Part shown: positions 7,618-16,052 of the stretch, in pieces
Layout: every line of letters begins with the position of its first letter
Position numbering within the stretch: the first letter of the stretch is position 1
Assembly (NCBI GenBank): GCA_964607485.1
Contig: CAZSKP010000054.1
Location: forward strand, 1 to 26,346
Source of the DNA: an uncultured bacterium
Lineage (GTDB): Bacteria > Abyssobacteria > SURF-5
DNA length: 26,346 nt
Reading direction: 5' to 3'
Notes under the pieces: model-generated
Seen by the model: only the letters and a program-made list of their open reading frames with translations
What the model was told of the DNA's origin: nothing
Database searches by the model: none
Program-made: the position numbers and the translations under genes

Positions 7618-8655
7618 CTAGAGATGCTCCGCCACGTGCTCGACCGGTTCCCTGTGTTCGTGAACCAATCCGGGCGTCTTCCCGCTTTCCATCTGCGATC
7701 GATACCAGTCGATGGTGCGGGTCAGCCCTTCGTTCAAATCGACTTTGGGCCGAAAGCCCAACAGCTCGGTCGCCTTCTGAATGCTGGGTATCCTGAGCTC
7801 GACGTCCACATAGTCCTTCTTGACAACGACGATCTCGGAGCTTGAGCCGACGAGCGCCTTTATCTTCTCCGCAAGCGTGGCAATGGTGACGGTGCCCCTC
7901 GGGTTGCCTATGTTGAAAACGTGGCCCACCGCCTCGGGCCTTGTGAGCGTCAGCAGTATTCCGTCCACCATGTCGTCGATGTAGCACCACGCCCGTATCT
8001 GGTTGCCGTCGCCATGCACTTCGAGCGGCTGGTTGCTGAGAGCGCGGACGACGAACGTGTGGATCGCGCCCGCCCCGACCTGCCTGGGGCCGAACACGTT
8101 GAACGGACGGATCGAGACAGTGGGCAGGCCCGTCTCCTTCCCATAGTTGTGCACGAGATGCTCCGCCGCCAGCTTGCTGACGGCATAGGTCCAGCGCGCC
8201 TCGCCGACCGTCCCGAGCGTTGTGGCGCTCATCTCCTCGGCGTGATACACGTGGGTGCCGAACACCTCGCTCGTGGAGAAGTCAACGAACCTTTTCACAC
8301 GGGGGCCGTGCGCGACGGTGGCCTCGAGAACGTTGTACGTGCCAATGAAGTTTATCTTCATCGTCCTCGAGGGTACGCGGAGCACGGTGTCCACGCCCGC
8401 TATCGCCGCGAGGTGGAGCACCATGTCGGGGTCGGTCGTCTTCATGATCGAGCACAACTTCTCGTGGTCGAGCACATCGCCGTGAATGAAAAACAGGTTC
8501 GGATGCGTCCATGCAGGCGAGTCTTTCAGGGCATTGCGGTGCCCGTTATCGTACACGACTATCCTGTTGTGCTCCAGCAGCCTGTGAACAAGAGTCGTTC
8601 CGATGAACCCGGCGCCGCCGGTCAGGAATATCGTCTTGCCCCGTATTTCCTCCAT
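7618..8655 (-). CDS. NAD-dependent NDP-sugar epimerase/dehydratase/decarboxylase (extended SDR)
   Basis: TGGAGFIG, HLAA, STSEVFG, YAVSK (YxxxK) and RPFNVFGPRQ motifs. Confidence 0.9.
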   Translation of the reverse strand: MEEIRGKTIFLTGGAGFIGTTLVHRLLEHNRIVVYDNGHRNALKDSPAWTHPNLFFIHGDVLDHEKLCSIMKTTDPDMVLHLAAIAGVDTVLRVPSRTMKINFIGTYNVLEATVAHGPRVKRFVDFSTSEVFGTHVYHAEEMSATTLGTVGEARWTYAVSKLAAEHLVHNYGKETGLPTVSIRPFNVFGPRQVGAGAIHTFVVRALSNQPLEVHGDGNQIRAWCYIDDMVDGILLTLTRPEAVGHVFNIGNPRGTVTIATLAEKIKALVGSSSEIVVVKKDYVDVELRIPSIQKATELLGFRPKVDLNEGLTRTIDWYRSQMESGKTPGLVHEHREPVEHVAEHL

Positions 8656-8683
8656 GTTCTCGGACTGTTCCTTTCTCAGCTCA

Positions 8684-9919
8684 TCAGGGATTAATCAGGG
8701 TCGAAAGCTTGAATATCGGCATGAACAGGGCCAGCACCATTCCGCCCACCACGACGCCGAGGAACAGTATCAGCAACGGCTCAATGAGCGAGGTCAGGCT
8801 GGCGATGGTCGCCTCCACCTGTTGGTCATAGAACTCGGCTATCTTTGAAAGCAACTCGTCGAGCGAGCCGGTTTTCTCGCCCACGTCGATCATCCGGGTG
8901 ACCATCAACGGAAACACGCCGCTCCGGGCCAGAGGCTCGGCGATCGTCGCGCCCGCCTTGATGCTCGACTGCGAATTCTTCACGGAGCGGGAGAGGACCT
9001 CGTTACCGATCGTCCGCTCGACTATCTCCAGCGCCGCGAGCACGGGCACGCCGCTTCGGGTAAGCGTGGACAGGGTGCGCGCAAACCGCGATACCGCCAC
9101 CTTCCTGAACAGCGCGCCGAACACCGGCAGCCTTAGCTTTAAGGTGTCGAACTGCATTCTGCCCGCGGCGGTGGAAACATAGTACCGCAGGGCAATACCG
9201 ATTGCAATGGCGATGCCGACTACAATCAGAATGTAGCTGCGCAGGACGTTGCTCACTTTGATGAGCATGAGTGTGGGCACGGGCAGAGTTCCCCCTAAGC
9301 TGCTGAATATGTCCTGAAACTTCGGCACGATAAACACGAGCAGGCCCGTCGCTATGACCACGACTATGACAAACGCCACGACCGGATATGTCATCGCGGA
9401 ACGGATCTCTCGCTTCAGCTTCTCGGTGGCCTCGAGGTACTCGGCAAGCTGCACGAGAATCCCGTCCAGATTGCCGCTGGCCTCACCCGCGCGGACCATG
9501 CTGGTATAGAGTTCCGGGAAGACCTTCGGGTGCTTCCTGAGCGCATCCGAGAACGTCAACCCGGCTTCGATGTCCTGCCCTACCTGTGTGAGCACGCGTT
9601 TGAAGTTCACCGATTCGGTCTGCTCTATCATGATGTCAATTCCCTGAAGGAGCGGCAGGCCGGAGTTGACCATGGTTGCGAGCGAGCGGGTGAACAACAG
9701 CATTTCTTCCGCTTTTACCTTCTTCCCCTTCATGGTGCCCGTGATGACGTCCTTGCGCGAGCCGGCCGCGGCTCCGCCGGAACGGCCGTCGGCCACGGAC
9801 GTGGGCACGAGCCCCTTGCTCCTCAATTTCTGGAGCAACTCCTGCTTATTATCGGCCTCCATCATGCCGGAGAGGCTGTTGCCCGATTTGTCGCGGGCCG
9901 TGTACTGAAACGTCGCCAT
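8684..9919 (-). CDS. pilC: Type IV pilus platform protein PilC (GspF family)
   Basis: FTRSLATMVNSGLPL, RAGEASGNLD, SAMTYP, GEKTGSLD and LIEPLLI motifs; 411 aa with TM segments. Confidence 0.95.
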   Translation of the reverse strand: MATFQYTARDKSGNSLSGMMEADNKQELLQKLRSKGLVPTSVADGRSGGAAAGSRKDVITGTMKGKKVKAEEMLLFTRSLATMVNSGLPLLQGIDIMIEQTESVNFKRVLTQVGQDIEAGLTFSDALRKHPKVFPELYTSMVRAGEASGNLDGILVQLAEYLEATEKLKREIRSAMTYPVVAFVIVVVIATGLLVFIVPKFQDIFSSLGGTLPVPTLMLIKVSNVLRSYILIVVGIAIAIGIALRYYVSTAAGRMQFDTLKLRLPVFGALFRKVAVSRFARTLSTLTRSGVPVLAALEIVERTIGNEVLSRSVKNSQSSIKAGATIAEPLARSGVFPLMVTRMIDVGEKTGSLDELLSKIAEFYDQQVEATIASLTSLIEPLLILFLGVVVGGMVLALFMPIFKLSTLINP

Positions 9920-9961
9920 TGATGATCCCTCCCGTCTGGATTGAAGAACGTCTCGTTCAGT

Positions 9962-11347
9962 TTAGTTTTCCTTGCCCTTCATGTTGTACTTCTCCAGCTT
10001 GTATCTAAGCGACCTCGGTGAGAGCTGAAGCAGCCGGGCCGCCTTCGTCTGCGAGTTGGACGTCCGCTTCATGGCCTGTTTAATCAGCGAACGCTCAAAG
10101 GCCTCTACGCGACTGTTCAAGTGTATTCCCTCCGAGGGGAATTCAGCCGCGTAAGGCTCCTCCACCGCCGAATCGCACAGCTTCCTCGGCAGGTCATGGG
10201 GCTCTATCGCGCCGCCGTTGCACAATGCGGCCGCCCTCTCGATCACGTTTTCGAGTTCCCTCACGTTGCCCGGCCAGCGGTACTGTTCGAGTATCTTCTC
10301 GGTCTCGGGCGAGATGGAGATCTTTCTGCCGGCGCGCACGCAGAATTCCTGGAGGAAATGCCTGGCCAGCAACAGAATATCCTCGCGCCTCTCCCGCAGC
10401 GAGGGCACGTACAGCGGAATGACATTGAGACGATAGTAGAAATCCTCCCTAAACTTCCCCTCAGAGACCACCTTTTCGAGGTCCTTGTTCGTCGCGGATA
10501 TGAGCCGAACGTCCACGGAAAAATCCGAGGCGCTGCCGACGGGACGTATCTTCATCTCGTCGAGAACCCTCAGAAGCTTCACCTGCAGGGCCATGCTTGT
10601 CTCGCCTATTTCGTCCAGGAACAGGCTGCCGCCGCTGGCCACCTTAAACAGTCCGTCTTTGTGAGAAATGGCGCCGGTGAACGCGCCCTTGACATGGCCG
10701 AACAGCTCGCTCTCGAGCAGATTCTCCGGAATTCCGCCGCAGTTTATCGCCACAAACGGCTTGTCGCTCCGAGCGCTGCAGTTATGTATCGCCTTGGCGA
10801 CGAGTTCCTTTCCCGTTCCGCTTTCGCCCCGTATCAGCACGGTGCTGGACAGGCAGGCCACCTTGTGTATCAGATCCTTCATGTCGTTCATGGGGGTGCT
10901 GTTTCCCACCAGGTCATCCAACCTGCCGATTTTCTTCAGTTCCGAGCGGAGCACTTTGTTTTCGGCGCGAAGCTTCCTGCTCTCGAGCGCCTTCTCGACA
11001 ATCAGCTTGAGCTCATCGTTCTTGAACGGCTTAATCAGGTAGTCGTACGCCCCCAGCTTCATGGCCTCGACGGCGGAGTCGACGGAACTGTGAGCCGTTA
11101 TGACGATGGAGGGAATGAACCCGTCGGAATGTTGAGCCTGTTTGAGAATCTTGATGCCGCCATGCCTGTCCTCGTTCAGCCAGAGGTCGGTAATCAGAAG
11201 GTCCCACAGTTCCTCTCTCAGCTTCTTTGAGGCCTCCTCGTAGGACTCGACTCCCTGCGCCTCGTACCCCTGCTTTTCGAGCATTATGGCCAGCAACTCC
11301 CGCATGCTCGGTTCGTCTTCGACTATCAGAATTCGATATCTTTCCAT
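9962..11347 (-). CDS. pilR: Sigma54-dependent response regulator PilR (REC-AAA+-Fis HTH)
   Basis: REC (IVEDE, ITD, KPF), GESGTGKE, ESELFGHVKGAFTGA, FLDEIG, WPGNVREL and an HTH. Adjacent to the PilS-like kinase. Confidence 0.85.
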   Translation of the reverse strand: MERYRILIVEDEPSMRELLAIMLEKQGYEAQGVESYEEASKKLREELWDLLITDLWLNEDRHGGIKILKQAQHSDGFIPSIVITAHSSVDSAVEAMKLGAYDYLIKPFKNDELKLIVEKALESRKLRAENKVLRSELKKIGRLDDLVGNSTPMNDMKDLIHKVACLSSTVLIRGESGTGKELVAKAIHNCSARSDKPFVAINCGGIPENLLESELFGHVKGAFTGAISHKDGLFKVASGGSLFLDEIGETSMALQVKLLRVLDEMKIRPVGSASDFSVDVRLISATNKDLEKVVSEGKFREDFYYRLNVIPLYVPSLRERREDILLLARHFLQEFCVRAGRKISISPETEKILEQYRWPGNVRELENVIERAAALCNGGAIEPHDLPRKLCDSAVEEPYAAEFPSEGIHLNSRVEAFERSLIKQAMKRTSNSQTKAARLLQLSPRSLRYKLEKYNMKGKEN

Positions 11348-11357
11348 TTTTCTTCCT

Positions 11358-12986
11358 TCAATCTTGTCTGGGCAGCACGACTGTTACCGTGGTCCCCTTC
11401 CCCCTGGCGCTCTCCACATCGATCGAGCCTCCATGCGAGGCAACTATCCTGTGGGCGATCGCCATGCCTAGGCCGACTCCTCTCGGCTTCGTCGTGTAAA
11501 AAGGGTCAAAGATTCTTTCCACCTCCTCAGGAGCCAGCCCACAGCCGTCATCTTCCACAAAAACGCTGGCATAGCCCGGCGGGCTATCATCCGCTCCCGC
11601 ACGGACCCGCAGCGTACCCCCCGCGGGCATCGCCTCTATGCCGTTCTGAACGATGTTCAACAGAGCTTCCCTTATCTGGCTGCAGTCGCCCGTCACGCAT
11701 CCGAGGCCATCCGGATACTGCCTGAGAATGGAAATGTCTCCATTGCAGAAGCACCGCTCTGCCAGTTGCACGACCTCGTCCAGAATCCGGCGCATGTCGC
11801 ATTGTTCTCTTGCGCGAGGGCCTGTGCCGACAAACTCGAGAAAGTCAGTAACTATCCTGTTCAGTTGGTCGCACTCCCTCGTCGCTATCTTGATCAACTG
11901 CCCGTTTGTCCCGTCGAGGAGCAGGTTTTCGGCAAGCTCCTGAACGGCTCCCCTGATTGAGGCCACGGGGTTTCTGATTTCATGCGCGAGGACGGCAGAC
12001 ATCTCGCCGACCGCGGCCAGCCTGTCGGACCTCCTCAGCCTTTCCTCCATCCGCTTGAGTTCGGTAAGGTCTATGAAACTCGCGACCGCGCCCATGAGCT
12101 TCTTGGCGCCGTTTCGTATGGGCGACACGGTTATTCCGACGGGAATCGATTCACCGTCACCCCGGCTCACGGCGACCTCTCGGCTCTGGTATTCTTTCTG
12201 TTCGGCTATCGACTCCTCCAGCGGGTTGGGTTGGCCGTCAGCCACGGGGAACACGCACGAAACGTGTTTGCCGGCGGCCTCCGACCACGGGCGCCGAAGC
12301 AGGTTCGAGCCCGCCGGATTCAGAAACGTGACGATGCAGTCGCGGTTCACGCTCATGAATCCGCTCGAGAAGCTGTTCAGAATGTTCTGCTGGAACGATT
12401 CAAGCAGTCCGACCTGGCGAGACAGACAGCCGGCCAGGAACGCCGTCAGGTAAAAGGCAAAGACCTTCATCCCGGTGTAGGCCCACATGTCGCCCGAGAC
12501 CATCGGAGGCTCGCTCCACCTGAAGGCGGACTCGGGGACGACATAGCCGCTTTGCTCCAGAAGCATGATGAGCAGAAAGAGCGCCGAACACATCGTGGCG
12601 ACAAGAACGCTCCAATTGAACGAAAGCAGGATGGCGGCCGACAATATTGCGGCGATATACAGGAAGGCGAAAACGCTTTTGCCGCCGCCCGTCACGACGA
12701 CAATGGCGCTTATCAGGATGAGGTCGGCGCACAGCAGGAGAAAGGAGAAGCGAATCGACGGATTGTAGCCGGCCGCCAGAATGACCATAACGATCAACGA
12801 CTCGATCAGCGCGATGACGAAGATCGCGAAAAGGTAGTACGTATACTGGTCGGACTCCGTCCCGCTCCTGATGTGCAGCGCCAAGCACAGAAGGGCGACG
12901 ATCGACACGATCATTGCACGAGCCAGCGCAAACCGTTTCAGGATCAGCTTGCCCTGCTCCACATCGGTCTTGAAAGGATCGATCAT
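11358..12986 (-). CDS. pilS: Membrane sensor histidine kinase PilS
   Basis: About six N-terminal TM helices, PAS, AHEIRNP H-box, N-box, DDGCG and FDPFYTTK/GVGLG. Located in the pil locus. Confidence 0.85.
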   Translation of the reverse strand: MIDPFKTDVEQGKLILKRFALARAMIVSIVALLCLALHIRSGTESDQYTYYLFAIFVIALIESLIVMVILAAGYNPSIRFSFLLLCADLILISAIVVVTGGGKSVFAFLYIAAILSAAILLSFNWSVLVATMCSALFLLIMLLEQSGYVVPESAFRWSEPPMVSGDMWAYTGMKVFAFYLTAFLAGCLSRQVGLLESFQQNILNSFSSGFMSVNRDCIVTFLNPAGSNLLRRPWSEAAGKHVSCVFPVADGQPNPLEESIAEQKEYQSREVAVSRGDGESIPVGITVSPIRNGAKKLMGAVASFIDLTELKRMEERLRRSDRLAAVGEMSAVLAHEIRNPVASIRGAVQELAENLLLDGTNGQLIKIATRECDQLNRIVTDFLEFVGTGPRAREQCDMRRILDEVVQLAERCFCNGDISILRQYPDGLGCVTGDCSQIREALLNIVQNGIEAMPAGGTLRVRAGADDSPPGYASVFVEDDGCGLAPEEVERIFDPFYTTKPRGVGLGMAIAHRIVASHGGSIDVESARGKGTTVTVVLPRQD

Positions 12987-13002
12987 CTTGTTGACCTGTC
13001 TC

Positions 13003-14067
13003 TCAGAATCCCTTTCCCATGAGCCTCAGAAGATCTTCCTGATTCATGCTGCTCTCCAGGGCCTGCTCGTAAGAGATTTGACCGTTCTTGTACAGCTTGT
13101 GAAGGCTCTGGTTCATCGTCTGCATGCCGAGCGCTCCGCCCGTGCTTATGGCGGAATATATCTGATGCAGCTTGTCCTCACGCACAAGACTTCTTATGGC
13201 AGGGGTCGCCACCATGATCTCCAGCGAGAGCACCCTCCCGTTCATGTCCTTTCGTGGAAGCAGCTTCTGAACGATCACGCCCTCCAGCACGAAGGAGAGC
13301 TGCGTGCGCACCTGCAGCTGCTGATGCGGAGGGAAGACGTCGACCATTCGGTTGATGGACTGAGTGGCGTCATTGGAGTGGAGTGTGGCGAAGACGAGGT
13401 GCCCCGTCTCGGCGACGGTCAGCGCCGCCTCTATTGTCTCGAGGTCGCGCATCTCTCCGATCATTATCACATCGGGGTCCTGCCTGAGAATATGCTTCAG
13501 GGCCGCCCCAAACGAGTGAGTGTCGGCGTACACCTCGCGCTGGTTGATGATGCTCAGCTTGTGCGCGTGCAAATATTCAATCGGGTCCTCGATCGTCACC
13601 ACATGGCAGCGCCTTTCGAGGTTGATCTTGTTGATAAGCGCGGCGAGCGTCGTGCTCTTGCCGCTGCCCGTGGGCCCGCATACGAGAATCAACCCCTGCT
13701 GTCTCTCGGCCATTTCGCGGACGCACTTGGGCAGTCCCAGATCTTCAAAGCCCGGCACCTCGTAAGGGATAGTACGTATCGCGGCACTCACCGAACCGCG
13801 GTCAACGAAGAGGTTCACGCGAAACCGGCTCAGCCCCTTTATCCCAAACGACATGTCGAGTTCCTTTTCTTTCTCGAATTCCTTTATCTGATGCTCGGTC
13901 AGGATGCTGTATGCAAGGCTTTTCGTCGCATCCGGAGTGAGGGGATCGGCATCCATCGGATACAGCTCTCCGTCGATTCGAAGCTGTGGTGGAAGGCCCA
14001 CGACGAGGTGAAGGTCGGAGGCGTTGTTTTCGATTATCTGCTGACACAATTCTTCAAGCTGCATCAT
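13003..14067 (-). CDS. pilT: Retraction ATPase PilT
   Basis: ASDLHL, GPTGSGKST, TIEDPIEY, LRQDPDVIMIGEMRD, AETGHLVFATLH, AIRSLVRE (AIRNLIRE-like) and GMQT. Confidence 0.95.
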   Translation of the reverse strand: MMQLEELCQQIIENNASDLHLVVGLPPQLRIDGELYPMDADPLTPDATKSLAYSILTEHQIKEFEKEKELDMSFGIKGLSRFRVNLFVDRGSVSAAIRTIPYEVPGFEDLGLPKCVREMAERQQGLILVCGPTGSGKSTTLAALINKINLERRCHVVTIEDPIEYLHAHKLSIINQREVYADTHSFGAALKHILRQDPDVIMIGEMRDLETIEAALTVAETGHLVFATLHSNDATQSINRMVDVFPPHQQLQVRTQLSFVLEGVIVQKLLPRKDMNGRVLSLEIMVATPAIRSLVREDKLHQIYSAISTGGALGMQTMNQSLHKLYKNGQISYEQALESSMNQEDLLRLMGKGF

Positions 14068-14085
14068 AGGATTTCTCCGTTCGTT

Positions 14086-14099
14086 TCGACAATTGTCGA
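14086..14099. promoter_or_regulatory. Perfect 14-bp palindrome in the pilT leader, candidate operator
   Basis: TCGACAATTGTCGA lies immediately upstream of the pilT SD (GGAG, 14075-14078). Confidence 0.4.
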
Positions 14100-14202
14100 G
14101 AGGTGACCGTGAACATTAGTGGCGACCTGTGGCAATTTTTGTACTCGCCAAATTTCAAAAATGTGGCCTATTATGGATATTTTTTCCGGAAATCCGTAGT
14201 GG

Positions 14203-14219
14203 AGCAATTCCTGTGCCAA
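14203..14219 (-). promoter_or_regulatory. Sigma54 -24/-12 promoter upstream of pilT
   Basis: Minus strand reads TTGGCACAGGAATTGCT, essentially consensus, in the 247-bp pilB-pilT gap. Confidence 0.88.
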
Positions 14220-14314
14220 ATTTTGTAACTCCCGCCATAACCGGCCCTGTGGGGCGGATGTCGGCGCTGCGAAACGTTGCAAATGAGGACGAAATGAGGG
14301 AAATCGGCCCGGGT

Positions 14315-16030
14315 CTAATCCGGGGCGGTGACACGGAGGGTTTCCTCCAGGGTGGTGAGTCCGCCTTTCACCTTCGTAAGCCCGACCTGCCGAAGAGTGA
14401 GCATACCGTTTTCGATCGCCGTGCGCTTTATCTCTCCGGAGGGAGCGGAGGCCATTATGAGGTCCTGGATATTTTCCCTCACGCGCAGGACCTCCAACAG
14501 CGCGACCCTGCCGCGATAGCCCGTCTCACCGCAACGCGGGCATCCCTGACCTTTTGAGAGGACGATCTTCTCGCCCGACTCCGAGTGGAATTGCGCCCTT
14601 CTGAGCACCTGTTCGGGCACCCGGTACGATTGCCGGCAATCGGGACAGATTTTTCGGACGAGGCGCTGCGCCGCGGCCATGAGCATCGAGGAAGCGATGA
14701 GGAACGGCTCCATCCCCATGTCGATAAGCCTCGTGATCGCACCGGGAGCGTCGTTGGTGTGGAGTGTGCTCAGCACGAGGTGGCCGGTGAGAGCCGCTTT
14801 GATGGCTATGTCGGCCGTCTCTTCGTCACGAATTTCTCCGACCATGACGATGTCGGGGTCCTGACGCAATATCGACCTGAGACCGGAGGCGAAGGTGAGC
14901 CCCACTTCAGGCTTGGCCTGCACCTGGTTGATGCCGTGGAGATTGTACTCCACCGGGTCTTCGACGGTTACTATGTTGACGTCCAGCTTGTTCAGCATGT
15001 GGAGCGCAGAGTACAGGGTTGTCGTCTTACCGCTGCCGGTCGGGCCGGTGACGAGGATGATTCCATTCGGGCTGCCAAGGCTATCGCGAAAATCGTTGAG
15101 CGGTTGTTCCTCGAAGCCGAGCTTGTCCAGGTCGAGCTGGAGGGCGCCCTTGTCGAGGATTCGAATAACGACCTTTTCGCCGAAGCAGGTGGGAAGCGTC
15201 GATACACGGAAGTCTATCTCCCGGCCTTCGAACTTTATCCGAAAGCGGCCGTCCTGCGGAACCCGCCGCTCGGCGATGTCCATCTCGCACAAAACCTTCG
15301 TGCGTGAAACGACCGCCGCCTGGAGCCCTTTGGGCGGCGACTGGACTTCTCTGAGAACGCCGTCCACGCGGTATCGCACACGAACCTGTTTTTCAAACGG
15401 CTCGATATGGATGTCGCTCGCTCCCTCCTTTATAGCGTTGACGAGAATGAGGTTAACAAGCCGGATGACGGGCGCCTGCTCGACCTCTTTCTTCAGATGA
15501 CTTATGTCAATTTCTCCCTTATCCTCCAACAAGGTGACGACGTCCGCCTGGGCGTCTCGGAGGATATCCTCGTAGTCGTCGGTCTCCGAATCGCCGCCGC
15601 CGTAGTAGCGGTCGATCGCCTTCTTCACCTCGGAATCCAGACACACGACGGTCTCGATCTCGTGTCCGGTAAGCATTCGGACATCGTCGACGGCGACGAT
15701 ATTCAACGGGTCGGACATCGCGATCGTCAGCGAGTTGCCCGTCCGTGCGACCGGTATCAGGTGGTATCGCTTCGCGATGCCGTCGGGCACCTCGGCGAGC
15801 ACCTCGGCCGGAATCTCGTAGCTTTCAACCCGAAGATGGGGGATGCCCAACTGCTCGCTCAGGGTAATGACAATGTCCTCCTCACTGACGAGGCCGGAAT
15901 TGATCAGAATCGCAACGAGCGGTTGGCCGGTTCGTCTCTGCTCATACAACGCCTGAGAGAGCTGCTCGGACGTCAGCAATCGTTCTTCGAGCAGGATGTC
16001 GCCCAAACGCTTCTTGAGAGTTTCAACCAT
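14315..16030 (-). CDS. pilB: Assembly ATPase PilB with N-terminal MshEN-like domain
   Basis: KRLGDILL...QL...L..Q, ASDIHIEP, GPTGSGKTTT, LRQDPD, LTGHLVLSTLHTND, a tetracysteine motif (CPDC...CPRC) and GYRGR. Confidence 0.95.
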   Translation of the reverse strand: MVETLKKRLGDILLEERLLTSEQLSQALYEQRRTGQPLVAILINSGLVSEEDIVITLSEQLGIPHLRVESYEIPAEVLAEVPDGIAKRYHLIPVARTGNSLTIAMSDPLNIVAVDDVRMLTGHEIETVVCLDSEVKKAIDRYYGGGDSETDDYEDILRDAQADVVTLLEDKGEIDISHLKKEVEQAPVIRLVNLILVNAIKEGASDIHIEPFEKQVRVRYRVDGVLREVQSPPKGLQAAVVSRTKVLCEMDIAERRVPQDGRFRIKFEGREIDFRVSTLPTCFGEKVVIRILDKGALQLDLDKLGFEEQPLNDFRDSLGSPNGIILVTGPTGSGKTTTLYSALHMLNKLDVNIVTVEDPVEYNLHGINQVQAKPEVGLTFASGLRSILRQDPDIVMVGEIRDEETADIAIKAALTGHLVLSTLHTNDAPGAITRLIDMGMEPFLIASSMLMAAAQRLVRKICPDCRQSYRVPEQVLRRAQFHSESGEKIVLSKGQGCPRCGETGYRGRVALLEVLRVRENIQDLIMASAPSGEIKRTAIENGMLTLRQVGLTKVKGGLTTLEETLRVTAPD

Positions 16031-16052
16031 GAGATGGTCCCTATCGGTTTGC

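Noticed and set aside
14064-14282. 72-aa ORF between pilB and pilT
   Set aside because: Overlaps the consensus sigma54 promoter and has no recognisable features.
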